A stretch of DNA of 62,927 bases, the filler included, from Perkinsus chesapeaki ATCC PRA-425 (lineage: Eukaryota; Protista; Perkinsozoa): the NCBI GenBank assembly GCA_013115145.1. It is 9 parts of 9 records of this genome, joined end to end, with 100 filler letters (N's around TTAATTAATTAA, not from the genome) between each part and the next. Parts side by side here need not be neighbours in the genome. Positions count along the whole stretch, not along the records: positions 11,175 to 22,396 come from JAAPAO010000854.1; positions 22,497 to 24,424 come from JAAPAO010001727.1; positions 24,525 to 31,521 come from JAAPAO010001049.1; 6 more parts are not named here. One strand, given 5' to 3'. Shown here piece after piece: positions 12,042 through 24,653 of the stretch; position 1 is the stretch's first letter; the number at the start of each line of letters is the position of its first letter. The position numbers were made by a program, and so were the translations under genes. The notes under the pieces were generated by a model. It was not told where the DNA came from and did no database searches. It saw nothing but the letters and a program-made list of their open reading frames with translations.

Positions 12042-15000
12042 ATGGCTGAGTCGCTGAAACTGGATATTTCGGCTGTGTCTGAGCTCGCAGCTCCTTTAGA
12101 AGAAGGCCAAGACGCAGGGGTGTTGAGTGTCTTGCACGACCTTGCCGACAAAAACTATCCTAAAAATAGAGTAGTCTTCACTTAGACGATTCCCATGGAG
12201 CCGCAGAAACAGATACTTGAACCATTCAGAGTTGAATATGAACGACTGTATAAAACTATGAGAGAACAAAATGAAAATAGATCGCATTTCTTGAGAAAGT
12301 ACCAAACTGGAAGGGCATTACAGAGAGTGTGGGCGTCAGGTGTCGAGAGCTAGGGGCAGAAATAAGCGCAAACTCCAGTAAGATACAGTCGGCCACGAAA
12401 ACAAAGCAGATGAACACTAAGCTGCTGGCTGAGCTAGAATCAGAAAAGGTTGTTGCGACCCCCCCGAGAAGGATATATGCTACTACTAGGCATCACTCGA
12501 ACGCGAGGTGAAGGAATCTGTGGAGAGACAGGAAAGAGAAGCTCAACATGCCGATGCTATGCGAGCCGAGGCTACTCGTAAGACAGCAGCGAAAACAAGC
12601 CAATTTTGACAGACATGCATCAGAACTGAGAAACCAAATGGAACAATACAACCATGCTAGAATGGCATCTGTTGAGGAACCCGGGACCACGGCCTTTGTT
12701 ATATCGCAAGTGATACACCTTATGCGACCCTCTGTTGCTCTGTTGCTCTATACAATGAAAGCTGACAGATGCAAATGTTGCGCTCTGAGCGGAATCGCCT
12801 TGAAGAACTTGACGATGAAATATATGCCATTGAGAGAGGCACTAGGGTCAGTCACACTTACAACCTGCGCGGTCAAGCAGGTGTTGGGTCAGGAATGCAG
12901 TGAGAAAATAGCTGCGTTGAACGTAGACAGAGAGATGAGGAAAAAAGGCGCCGATGGCTTGCGAAATGGATTAGCTAAGTTGGAAAATATCTCGCTGGAC
13001 TGGTTTATAGCGCTTCGCTGCTTAGGCTTAGGGCAGCACGGAAGGACGCAGATGTCAGACTTGCGAATAAGCGAGGCCAACTCGACCAGGAGGTGCTTCT
13101 GCGTTCGATCACGATGGTCACGATTCGATGGTCTTAGACACGAAAAAGAACGCAAATCTGCGAGGAGCTGAAAGAGGGGAAATTAGAGCTGAGCAGAGTG
13201 AGGTTGGAGAGAGAGTCGATTGCACGACAACTTCACGAGACAAATGATGAGCTCAAAGATGAGGAGGAAACTGTGAGAAAATCAAATACGCTAGCGTTTG
13301 ATGCGGGAGTGAAACACCAGTGAACAGCTGGGAATTGACGAGCCTTGGTGAAAGGGGAATGTATATTTGTAGGTAAGGGAAATGTACAAAGAAGAGGAAC
13401 GGCTGGAGAGACTGTAAGATCAGTATATTGGAAAAAGCTGTCTCGCTGTTTGACAAACAGTGTTTGTTACAGCCGCGGTACTGATCGCACTAGGGGATAA
13501 CTTACGTAAGGTACAAGACCTCCATCGACGAGAAAAAGAAGTTTGATAGAGAACTGCGCAGAGAGGTCCTGAAAAACGATAGAATAGTGAAAGAGAATGT
13601 TGGAAAGAACATCGAAATGCGAATCAAAACCGAAGAGGTGCTGTCCGCCCATCTAGCTCCTCCAGGAAATGTCACATCAGACGCAATCGCTTGGAAAGGC
13701 AATCAGAGGGATGGAGAAGCTTATCTATATGTGCCAGGAGAAGACAGATTCTATTAAGGCAGAGGTGGGTTTGAAAAGTTCCGAGTTAGCTGTATTGATG
13801 GATAGTAGGTGAAGAGACTAGAGACTGTTAGAGAAGAAGCAAAGGAGAAGCTTGATGAACAACGCGCTGACAACCATAAGGTCACACTTCGTCGGCAAAG
13901 CCCAGAGCCTACCAGAAATACGTACAGTATACTTCTTATAATACTACTTCTCGAACTAATAGTTTCAAAATGGAATCACACCTTATTATGGGATCAATAG
14001 AGGAGCATCAAGCTTCCCCAAAAGTATAAAGGCGGTCTTCGTCCTTCCGAGAACGGATTTTCTATAAAACTTTCTATTGTATATTTGCACTAGGGATGTT
14101 CTCTGGCTGACGTATAATGATGCACTTTAGCAAGGTTTCATGTGCCATCTGTGAGGTTTGATAAGAAAACTCGTATTTCTCTGCTTGGGCTACAACAGAG
14201 ACAGTTTTCAACAGCTTCTGCACTGGTCGGCCGGCTATTGGGTGGTCTCAGGCCAAGCGTGAGTTCGATTCCCACCGAAAGCATCTCGAAGATTTATTGA
14301 GAGAAAGGGACATATTGAACAAGAACACTTTGAAGCAAGTACCTTCCATTGAGCCGGACCATTAGGATAGTCAGAGCCGACGAGTCGACCAAGCATTGGA
14401 TCGATCTCATTCGGAGACAGCAAATGACGTGCGCTAATTTGGACCGAGATATCGATGTTGCTCGACGGGAGATGCTCCGTGCCCAAAAGAGAGCTGTTGA
14501 AGTTGAAGTTGAAATAGAGAAGTAACCTATATACATTCCACAGCTTGCAGTCCGACCAAACTTGAACGTTGCACCCCATCTCTCGTAGTTCCATAGGCAT
14601 CTGTTCTTCTACCTGCACTGTAGACTCCGCCCTCCGTGGCACTATTTTTGCCCATGCCCAGGCTGTTTAACAAAATCCACTCCTCAAATACACTCTCCAC
14701 TATTTAACTGCCCTGCCATACATTTTACGTATTCGTCACAGGCAAGCCGTGCAGTTGTCCGAGGAAAACGCTAAGTACTTTGCTGCACTGGAAGAGGCTA
14801 GAACGAGGGAAGGAAGAATCGATGAGGTCGGAGCATGAGTAAAAGATACCTCAGAGAAGCTTGGGATAGGTCAAAAAGATGATAGAAAAAGCGGAGGGAA
14901 AGTTGGCCCAGCAACAGTCACTTTACGACGCGGTGTGCGCAGACAGGAACCTTTATGCGAAAAGTTTGATAGACTGCAACGCGGAAATAGAAGAGATAAA

Positions 15001-16744
15001 AAAGAAGTTCAAGATGTCCTTTCATAGGTGACAATGGCTGAGTATCCATAAGCTGCTGAGGAATCTTTCGATCTTGTTAGAATCGAGCAGTTAAAAGGCG
15101 AGGTGAGGAGCAAAGAAGCCCAGCTTATGAAAGTGCATTTCGAGAAAAGCAAATTGTCGCGCGCGAATGACAGAGTTCGGGAGAGCCTCGAAAGCGCAAA
15201 CGAAAGAATCCAGGCTTTAGAGAGCATAGGTAGGCGGAGTGAGGCTCTGATTGACATTTCTTATACAGTTGCGACGCAGAAAGCGGAGGCTGAGAAACTC
15301 GAGGCTGTGGTTAATGAGGCCGAGAAGGAGGTTACAAATCAGGAAAAGGTGGGTCAAGATTCGGAATTTTCCGTACTAATTTATCAATGAGAAAAAGCGC
15401 GCTACTGCCGGGCAAGTAGCTATGAGCTGTAGGCGGTAGTCTACAGCAATTCCGCTGATCATTGCGAGCATCGCTGTGGAGAGAATGCCTCCTTTGTGAT
15501 TCAACGACAGTTACTGGGTACTTCTTATTCAGGAATTGAAGTCAGTTGTATCGGAGAGAGACTTCCTTACCAATCAACTTTCTGGCCGCGAGGTTGAAGT
15601 GAAATCTCTGTACGAAAAGATACGCTTATTAGAATCCAACTTGAGGCAAGGTGAGGAACAGTATCGAGTCTATCCTTTCCCAGTTGAGTTGCTTTCATGC
15701 TCCTGTATGTTCTAGGGGACACGGCCTTCAACGTGTTGCTCCAGGAGCGTAGAGGGGTCGATAGGAAGCTACTTGACCTCAGAAAGGATATTAACGACGC
15801 TAAATTGCGGTAAGTGATTTCGCGCTAGAGGCATGAATAACGCGATACCTGTTATAGGATAGCAGAAGGGAGGAATCTTGCACAACAGGAAGTCCGATTG
15901 AGCAAGGATATTCAAGTGCGTTCCTATCTCTGAGCTGCACGACTAATAATGTTGATTTAGGCAGAGGCTTTGAAGTGCAGCAGGTTGCAGCAAGAACTGG
16001 AGAAGCCTATGAATGTCCATCGGTGGCGAAAGCTGGAGAGCTCAGACGTGAGTTAAAGCGTCGGCGAAGCTGTTTTGAAAGAGGTAAGTTAATCTAGCGA
16101 GGGCAGGTACAGACATTTGAGAGATTGAAGAGGGTCAGAGACCTGCAACAGCAACTTATCAAAAGACAGGTAAGAACCAATGGGAGAGGACCCCAGGCAG
16201 TGGTGGAATTTATACATATAGGCGCTTCCATAGTTGGTAATTAAAAAACTGAGGGATTCAGGCATCCATGTGTTCACACATGTGTGTTCAATGTCGAGCT
16301 TCGGTCATCCGATGAGGGAAGGTTGAATGGGAAAGCGAAAGATATATTACGAGAACTTGCTGCAAGTCTGTCCACAAAAACCATACCTCATCGATTTCAG
16401 GAGGAAGTCGTGGAAAAAGAGAAAGAAATCTCTGCCAAGGAATCCGAGTTCATCACTCTTAAGGCGGAGCTGCAGAGACAGCCAGGGCCTGAAATTCACG
16501 ACCAAATAGTACTGCTCCAACAAGTGAGAGAAACAGGAGGGCAATGGAAGTTGGTTGGAATATCCCGCCGTAGACTGTGAAGGATAAACAGGCGCAGTTG
16601 GTCAAGTTGGAGATGAGTATGCAGGAGTACCGAGAGCAATGCCATGAGAGCGGTGCTGACGTTGTGAGGCTTAAAAAACAGATGAAGGAAATGAACGATG
16701 AGTTTATTGAAAAATGTAAGGCAAGCCCTAGCAAGCAACGATAA
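12042..16744 (+). CDS. CFAP58: Cilia- and flagella-associated protein 58 (CCDC147), multi-exon coiled-coil protein
   Basis: Exon peptides LEPFRVEYERLYKTM, CRELGAEISANSSKI, KLAQQQSLYDAVCADRNLYAKSL, ELEKPMNVHRWRKLESSD and LQRQPGPEIHDQI follow the recalled CFAP58 motif order. Start and stop approximate. Confidence 0.9.
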
Positions 16745-17122
16745 CCAAACCTTCGTGTCTCTACACGCATCGCCACAATTGTTCCGCTCACTTGCGCTAT
16801 GATTTCAGCACGGGAGTCTCTTCCAAGACGAACCTCTGCAACACCTTCATCACTGGACGCTGGTCCGAAGGAAGATATATCGTCCTTTGGGGTCCTGGCT
16901 GGATCCTCCTGAAGCTGCTAGTGTCACATGACGTGTCCGACTCATGCCCAAAACGTGTCGTGAATTTCCTAACGTTCGATCGTAAATGTGGAGTTTGAGT
17001 AATTACGAACTACGAGCGGAACTGTAACCGCTGGGCAGGGTAGAAAAGCCCATGCCATAAGATGTATACAGTTACGATGAAGCTCCGACGACCAGCAAGA
17101 AGGGAAGACCTGAAAAATGACT

Positions 17123-17194
17123 AGCCGGATGGCGGGATCGAACCGCCGACCTCCAGTTTACAAGACTGGCGCTCTACCACTAAGCTAAACCGGC
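17123..17194 (-). tRNA. tRNA-Thr(UGU)
   Basis: Reverse complement folds as GCCGGTT / D-arm / CCAGT-CTTGTAA-ACTGG / GGCGG-TTCGATC-CCGCC / ATCCGGC-T; T5 run 6 nt downstream; one U:U mismatch in the acceptor stem. Confidence 0.93.
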
Positions 17195-17286
17195 TATGTT
17201 TGCAAGAGCTGTACAAACTATCTGTGCTTGTTTTGCGAATTGTGATGCAGATCCAAAGTACTATGCCTAATCACTTTTTATCATAA

Positions 17287-19853
17287 ATGTCACTATATCT
17301 CGGATTTGATCTCTCAACCCAATCCTGCAAAGCTGTTGTGATCAACCATAACCTCGACACTGTCTACACCACAACAGTTAACTTTGACAAAGACTTGTCA
17401 AGTTACTCTACTACTAATGGAGTGTAATAAGAGGAAGCGGAACTTTAACTGTTAAATTAACCTGGAAAGGAACGGTTTAAATTTACTTTTTTCATTAGGT
17501 GATCTAATGAAAAAGGCGATATTGAACATAAGTTAATCTCTGATCTAATTTAGGTCCATCAAAAGCTCTCGAGGAGAAGTCAAGTCCCCCTCGGCGATGT
17601 TTTCATCTGCCATTCAGCTTTGCTTGGAGAGGCTGCAGCAGCTTGGCTGCCCCATGGACAAGTATTTTCCCCTAAAGCAGCAAGTCTTGTTCAAACGTCA
17701 ATTGGTCAGAATTGTGTGCGTTGGCGGCTCGGGCCAGCAGCACGGCAGCGTTTACCTGTCCTCCAGGGCAGTTGAACACATCCTCCCTGCAAGTGAGGAT
17801 GGGAATGTGGACGTCGGCGAGTGGCAGAATCGAACTCATGCATTTACCGTCGAAAATGGTACGCATCTGGAGTGGTGGTAGAGGCTTTGGAAGGTGGTTG
17901 TATTGGTAGGGCCCATTTGGATGGATACTTCAACCAGTGAGGAATGCAAAGAGCTAGAGGATTTTATAGGAGGGAACGAGGCGCTAGCCAAGCTTACTGG
18001 GTCAAAGGCTTGGGAGAGGTAGTACATGACCAAGGTCAAGGGATTTAATCTTTTGGCCTCACCCGTTTTATTATAGTTTTTATCTATTCCATCGACTATA
18101 GCTAACATTATCTGATACGTCATTGAACAACTATCAGCGTAAATCTACGTACGGTAAATGTACGAGCATTCGTGTAATGTCCGATCGGGAATTGCCTTAA
18201 TGAGCAATACGTGGTACACATCAACGTCTTTCTGCTCGAAGGTCGACAGGCTTTGCTTTGATTCCTGGGTCTTCGACAACCAGCCCCTTGTTGCTTGGAC
18301 GTTTCGATGACTATTTCTACATTCATGTAGTGTTCATTACACTGTAATGCTGGGTGATAGGTTCACTGGTAACCAGACTCTAAAGCTACGAAAGGATTCC
18401 CCGGAAGTATATAATTTGACCTCCAGGATCTGCTTGGTCAGCAGTTTCTGTGCTGGTGTTTTACTGGGTCACCCGACATCGGTGGATTACTCCGATGCTG
18501 CTGGAATGAATATGATGGAGCTCGGATCTCGCAGATGGTCCCGAGAGATCTGTGGATTCATCGACGGATGCAATCCGGATTCTCTGATTGACAAGCTCGG
18601 CGGGCAGCCGAATGACCCGATGGGCATCGCCGGCAACGTCTCACCGTGAGTATCTTTGCGCGATTCCAGATCTTCTGACGACAGATTTTAGGTACTGGCA
18701 AAATCGGTACGGCTTTTCGCCAGTGTGTACTGTTAATTACTGGAGTGGAGACAATCCTTGTGCAGCAGTCGGGATGGGTCTATTAAACAGCGGCGATATA
18801 CTGGTGACATCTCCCAGGGAGAGGCTCCAAGCGAAACGGCATTCCTCAGGTATCGCTTGGCACCAGCGACACATGCCTCTGCGTGCTACCGGCTCTGCCC
18901 GTCGCTCCGCCGGCTTCGGCGTTTATACTCCCTCATCCGATAAAGTGTGATTCCTATGTAGCGATGTTGGTTTACACTAATGGGGATGTCACTCGAAGGG
19001 ACGTCAAAGGATCAAAGTAAGAGGAGAACCGATAGGTCGTGGGTTCGATTCCTGGTGGAGGCAGGTCATGGACAGACTTCGGCAAATCGATATCGCAGAG
19101 CTCTCCTGGTGCTTATGTGACTCTCTTTACGACCACACAGGAAATCCTTCCCAGTCTCGCGCAAGGGGAACCTATCACAGCCCAAATCGAATCAGGGAAG
19201 GATGGATCGGTGCTCATCCTTATGTCGAAAGTTCCCACGGGATTGCCAATCAGGTCACTTTTAATCGGTTGGGAAGTCTTCCACAAGAAGGCCCCGATTA
19301 CTCTAAATGCCGCGCGGTGGTAGAAGAGAGAGCGTTGTCGATGCGATACTATATAGATTCTGAGGTTGAACTCGATCGCCAGCGCCCGCCTGTCACCGTA
19401 CCGCATTAGGTATCGTCCGGCATCCTCGAGCAGTTCCCGGAAGGTCGGCTGCTGATTACTGGTGGGGGCAGTCGTAATGAGCAAATACGACAGGTGGATG
19501 CGTTCAGACGAGCTGGTTGCTTCACAAGAAGGATTGACTTTAGGTTTTCTCTGATGTGTTCAACCGTGAGGTGATTGCACTAGACAGTCCGGATGCGGCA
19601 GCTCTCGGTGCAGCTTATAAAGCGATGCTCGCCACGGCGAAGGCTAACGGTGAGACCGTAATATTGAAGTCGTATTTTCGCAATGATAACAGGTTCTTTC
19701 ACGGAGGCGGAACAGCGCCTAATGACCCACATTTCACAGACAGAGAGTTCTTCCAGGAACGCCCCGAAAGCCGAGGTGTCGGAAGTTTACCAACGAATGT
19801 CGCAGAGTTATGGACAGTTTGAGCGAATGCTTATTGAGGAGCGCAGAAGATAG
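17287..19853 (+). CDS. XYLB: Xylulose kinase (eukaryotic FGGY family), multi-exon
   Basis: MSLYLGFDLSTQSCKAVVI, GGSGQQHGSVYL, PIWMDTST, RFTGNQ, ICLVSSF, DYSDAAGMNMM, GDNP, DAAALGAAYKA; stop TAG 19851-19853. Confidence 0.92.
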
Positions 19854-20334
19854 TGCACCCATTTGTAGTGGTATGTGTTTAGTTTCTCTCAGTCATTGTG
19901 ATGGGTTATTAGTATCAAGTAACGATTAAACCAGTATGGTATTACGAGGTAATCAGTCACTATTATAGTGACAGATACTGAGTAACTCAACAGCTGGCTG
20001 GGCCTGCTACAACGCCACATAAGCTAACGGGTGTTCTTATCCGACCAGGCAAATGATATCGTAGAGGCAAGACAACAGAGATGCGAGAACCGTGAATCAT
20101 TATGAGCTAGAAGTGTTGGAGTGAACCACCGTCGAGTACTGTCACAGTACTACTGTGTGTGACGTATAGATATACCGGTGTCGGTCAATGACTCTAAGCG
20201 AGGTTTCGGGTTGTGGTAGAAATAGCAGTCGACATAATGGCTGGAGCAGTCCGACAGACTGCGGTAGGTCTAGTTCCAGTTTAGATACCAAATAGTTAAT
20301 CACAAGGGTACTAAGATATTTCCAGGAGACAAGA

Positions 20335-22170
20335 CTAACTCGATGTCGTTCTCTCCGCCAGCTCCTGTTGGATGAGGTGTTCCCTCACTAAGAGGGCTGC
20401 ATTCCGGCCCGAGATGCAGACGGTCTCGAGCGCACTGGCCGCACGTTCCATAGGGGAAGTAGTGAAGATCCCTCCGCCCAAGTCAAATGGCAGGAGGGTG
20501 TCGCCCACATGGTACATAGGGTAGGCTCCTGTCTGCCAGTCTTGTACTGCGAGATCAAGCGGCTTGGATCTGATAAGATTCACTAAAGTCCGAGAAGTCA
20601 GGTGATGCTCACTGTTCAAGCATGGCGCCGATCTCTGACGCTGTGAGAGGGCGTTCCGCAAAAATCTTGAAAACAGTCTCCTCTCCTCGTGACAATTGTG
20701 CCTTTATTATCTGGGTCTCTTCTTGGTTCGCGTCAACTGGTATCTGAAACGGCTACGTGGGACGATAAATGATGTCAAGCCAGTACCTGTAACCCAATTG
20801 CCGTCCACGGTATGCTCTCATCCGGCTCATAGCTCAACACTCCGGCCAAGTTAACAGGTCTGAAAGACGGAAACTGGGCGCTCTCTTCAGCAAGCACTTT
20901 ACCTATCGATTACGTCCGCTCTCAACCTCCCTTTAACGTAATGGCACACTGTGCGGCACATGGTGTGGCTCTCGGCAGTCAACAGGTTAACTGCCTTACG
21001 AGCGTCCCTCGAGCCGGCAAACTCAATCCTGTTGAATTCCAAAGGGCAGGCCACGATAACAGCATCATAATCTCGAGCCTCAGAGGTGTTGTAGTAAATC
21101 CTTATATTCCCAGCCGACTGCATTCCTGATTCACCGTGCTAGGATTGTCAGTGCGGCTTTCCGCCTACTTTGCAGGACTTCAATTTTGGAGACGCGACAT
21201 CCTGACAGCACCTTCGCCCCGGAATGTTCGATACACTTTTGCGGCACCTAGTGAGAGGGCGACGGTCGAAGAGGTTATACTCCGGCCCAACCTGATCGTT
21301 GCCTCCGACGACGGAGAAGAGCGCATGCGAGTCTGTGCCGGCCATGCTAACTGTCCCACAGAAAGCATTGAGACTTCGGCCGGCTTGACGGTAGTTACAC
21401 CGGGTACCTGGCAGGCGGCTCGTGTGAGCGAAAGTAGTGTCGGAAAGCTACCGGCATTCACTAGCTCCTTCACAAGCATTTCATCGATGCCACAATGGTT
21501 CACCAAGTAGTCGTCAACCTGGGAAAGACGTATGCCCAGGCCTCGAGCTGCGGCTTACCGAAAGCCCTAACATTTGGGCTAAGTTATCATCAGGATCGCC
21601 GAGACTCTCTAGCATCTCAACAGGCGAGGAGTACCAAGTTCCTCGGCACTGGCGATCGTACACGAGACCAAACTTGTCAACGCCTGCTTAAACAGTATAG
21701 GTACAGAACTCCGACACGGCTCACATTTCGCCACAGTTCGCTTGAGCTTCAACAGATTGAAAACACCATAACGGAGGATAATCGAGAGGGAATCTTTCAG
21801 CTTGCTACCGGAAAGTCGGAAAAGCTTATCAGAAGTCGAGCCTCGGAATGCCATACCTGACAAAACCTGAGCTATTCTGCGGAGATCTTGACCTACCCGT
21901 GCCGGAGAGAACCACTCGTCTGCGCTCGAGACCGAACTTCTCGCAGAAGGCTACGAAATACTGATTGGCTTTGTGAATCACTGACGCACCAGCCTCATAT
22001 CTGGAGGGCAGAAATATGTCATAACGAAATAGGGACGGGTACTTTCTCCCATCAAACTCGATGCTGCGAGCGCGACCGCCTATCTTATCTGAAGACTCGA
22101 AGACGTCAATTTCGACAGACGAAGAAGTGCTGAAGAGCCGACTGCAAAAGTACCTGTGAAACGAGACACC
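20335..22170 (-). CDS. Prenylcysteine oxidase/lyase-like FAD oxidoreductase, multi-exon, 5'-truncated
   Basis: IDVFESSDKIGGRARSIEFDG..YEAGASVIHKAN and C-terminal AYPMY...ERAASALETVCISGRNAALL match the PCYOX1 family. The GxGxxG exon is absent, probably off-contig. Confidence 0.85.
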
Positions 22171-22310
22171 CTGAGGCAAGGAGTCATAGTCGGAAGGAAG
22201 GCAATAGAAGGTTCAATAGAAGTACAACTGCCTTTGAATATTCCATTATATTGAACGATATAACGTTTAACGATTGCGACTATAATGTACTACACCATTT
22301 CAAGAACTAG

Positions 22311-22396
22311 TTAGTAAAAGCCCAGACCAAATTAATATAGCCCAGAACAAATTAGTAAAAGCCCAGAACAAATTAATATAGCCCAAAACAAATTAG
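22311..22396. repeat. Higher-order tandem repeat: alternating 21-bp and 20-bp units (41-bp period), runs into contig end
   Basis: TTAGTAAAAGCCCAGACCAAA / TTAATATAGCCCAGAACAAA / TTAGTAAAAGCCCAGAACAAA / TTAATATAGCCCAAAACAAA / TTAG. Confidence 0.9.
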
Positions 22397-22496
22397 NNNN
22401 NNNNNNNNNNNNNNNNNNNNNNNNNNNNNNNNNNNNNNNNTTAATTAATTAANNNNNNNNNNNNNNNNNNNNNNNNNNNNNNNNNNNNNNNNNNNN
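22397..22496. other. Artificial contig spacer
   Basis: N44-TTAATTAATTAA-N44. Confidence 0.97.
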
Positions 22497-24424
22497 AACT
22501 GGAGTCGACCATATCGCTTGAGAAGTTTGTTAATCCCAATACAAGGAAAGATAGGACGAACCCTAGGTTTGGTAATAGGGTAGTAGTTGGTGGTAGTAGA
22601 TTGGGGATAACAGTGTGCTTCAGCAGATGGGATCTTAACAAGCTTGCCATTACGCACGAAATCGCTCACAAGCCTGTCGCAGTCCTGCTGGACAGCTGGT
22701 GAAGCCTGCTTGTAATAATTATGTGTAGGTGTTTTGCGCTGTGGAAGCGCTTGAGCGTCAGCGAGAACCTGGTCGCTGATCTCAGCAATGAATTGCTGTT
22801 TGTCAGGGTTGTCAGGGTTTTGGCGAATGCCAACTTGTAGCCACCCATAATCGCGGATAACAGTCATGTCACCCGACTTGGGTAGGGTAAGGGTAGGTGC
22901 GTCGTCTTGTGGTGAGCCAGATGTAGGTACAGAGCACAAGGGTTGAATAGGACATGTGTGACCATTTGTATGGCGTGCGACACCCGAGACGTAATCCAAA
23001 ACGACATGGTTTATAAGGTTTGCTCCAACCAAGCCAAATATGCCACTTGGAAGAGAGTCAACAAGTAAAAATGGGACTTGAACCCCAAGTAATGTGATGT
23101 TAATGTATGAGTGTGCCTCAAACAAGCCGTCGGTAATACCCTGCAAAGATTGACAGGTATGTAACGGATGCTGAGGATAGGTATGTGATGGGAGAAGTGC
23201 TGCAATGCTACTATGCAAGAGCGATGCTTGACTTCCACCGTCCAGAACTAAGGGAACTCCAAACGGAGTTTGTATAGATGATAAATGACCACTAGTATCC
23301 AAGGAAGTGCACGAGTGCACACTGGTTGAGACAGAAGGAGCCTGCACCAGATAGGACTTTTTCACATCGTCTGGTGGAGGAGGTGCTTGAGGTTTGGAAG
23401 TGGTAGAGTCTAGTGTAACGTGTTTGTAACTGCATTGGTCACCACGATTACACGAACCCTTAAAGGCGAAGAAGAGACAAAGGCCCTTCTTAAGACATTG
23501 CTGGAATTTCACGGGGTCAGACTTCGCGAAAGAAGTGTGAACTGTACGGCCTGCGGCGTGACCACCGCGAGCGGCCAAGGTGGTGGGCTGCAAGGGATCA
23601 GCCGGTAGAGATGATGTAGAAGTAAGCTTAGCGGGAGAGCGTTTGTCTCCTGGGACCTGTTGGGGTTGGAGCTCATGCGAGGATAAGCGCTCAGCCAGAT
23701 CCTCCATAGTAAGGTTTGGATCTAAACAAGTTCCATCAAGGACTGCCTTTAGACGAGGTTTCAGGCCAAGGGTGAAAACCCTTCGCATCTGTTGATCACT
23801 GAGATGGTAATTGCAGGCATGACATTGAGCCCGTAGCTTGGTAAGGTCGTCAACAAACTGAGTGACAGTCTGTGAGGGTCCTTGACGACAGGAATGTAAC
23901 AAGTCGTCTAACCGGGCGAGAGAGTTGCTCGCTCGGTAGGTGGTCAATGCCCACTGTGCCGCAAGGGTAAGCATTTTGCGGTAATTGCGCTTATATTGGT
24001 TCGCCGGTAAGCCTTGGCGAACAGCCTGAACCATAGTGGCTCGTGGAGTCTCTGCAAAGCAGCGACGTAAGAACTTGTATGCTAGGCGATCACCAACATC
24101 ATGATCGGCCACCTCGGCTTCAACAAGACCAAGAAAATACATGATTGGCCGTTTGTCGCTCGCACCTTGATACGGTTGCGAGTCGGGAATTTGTAAGTAA
24201 GAGATCGCTTGCAACGATTTGGCGACTCTCGCCAAATCGTCGTCGGCAGTAGCATTATCCACCCCATAGGTAATAGAGAAAGTACCAAGAGACTGACTGC
24301 TGTCAGCCGACTGCACTGACATCCCAGCAGTACTCGTAGCACCGTCACGAGATGCTAGATCACGTAATAACTCACGTCCACGAAGCTGCAGAGAGTAGTC
24401 GAGCGATTTGGTCGTACAAATTCC
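22497..24424 (-). mobile_element. LTR-retrotransposon gag-protease-RT start, single open frame spanning the entire contig
   Basis: Gypsy-type capsid segment (RQGPSQTVTQFVDDLTKL...FTLGL), zinc finger CLFFAFKGSCNRGDQCSYKH, aspartic protease-like LVLDGGSQASLL, RT-like start (RVRPIFPCIGINKLL). The frame stays open 34 codons upstream of the called ATG to the contig edge. Confidence 0.85.
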
Positions 24425-24524
24425 NNNNNNNNNNNNNNNNNNNNNNNNNNNNNNNNNNNNNNNNNNNNTTAATTAATTAANNNNNNNNNNNNNNNNNNNN
24501 NNNNNNNNNNNNNNNNNNNNNNNN
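24425..24524. other. Artificial contig spacer
   Basis: N44-TTAATTAATTAA-N44. Confidence 0.97.
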
Positions 24525-24653
24525 GCTCTGTAGGAGGTGAGATTTTTTGCCGCGGTTCTACTGAGCCCGCATTATGGTTCTGGTGAGCCCGCCACGCCGA
24601 ACCCGGGTGTAATGGGGTTACCGCGGCAAATCCGGTATACATATTTTTTCCTA

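Noticed and set aside
11906-12151. Minus-strand 81-aa ORF
   Set aside because: Overlaps the probable first exon of CFAP58 on the opposite strand; likely a shadow ORF.
17123-22170. tRNA + xylulokinase + oxidoreductase as a metabolic cluster or island
   Set aside because: The enzymes belong to unrelated pathways, both genes are intron-rich and typically eukaryotic, and there are no integration signatures.
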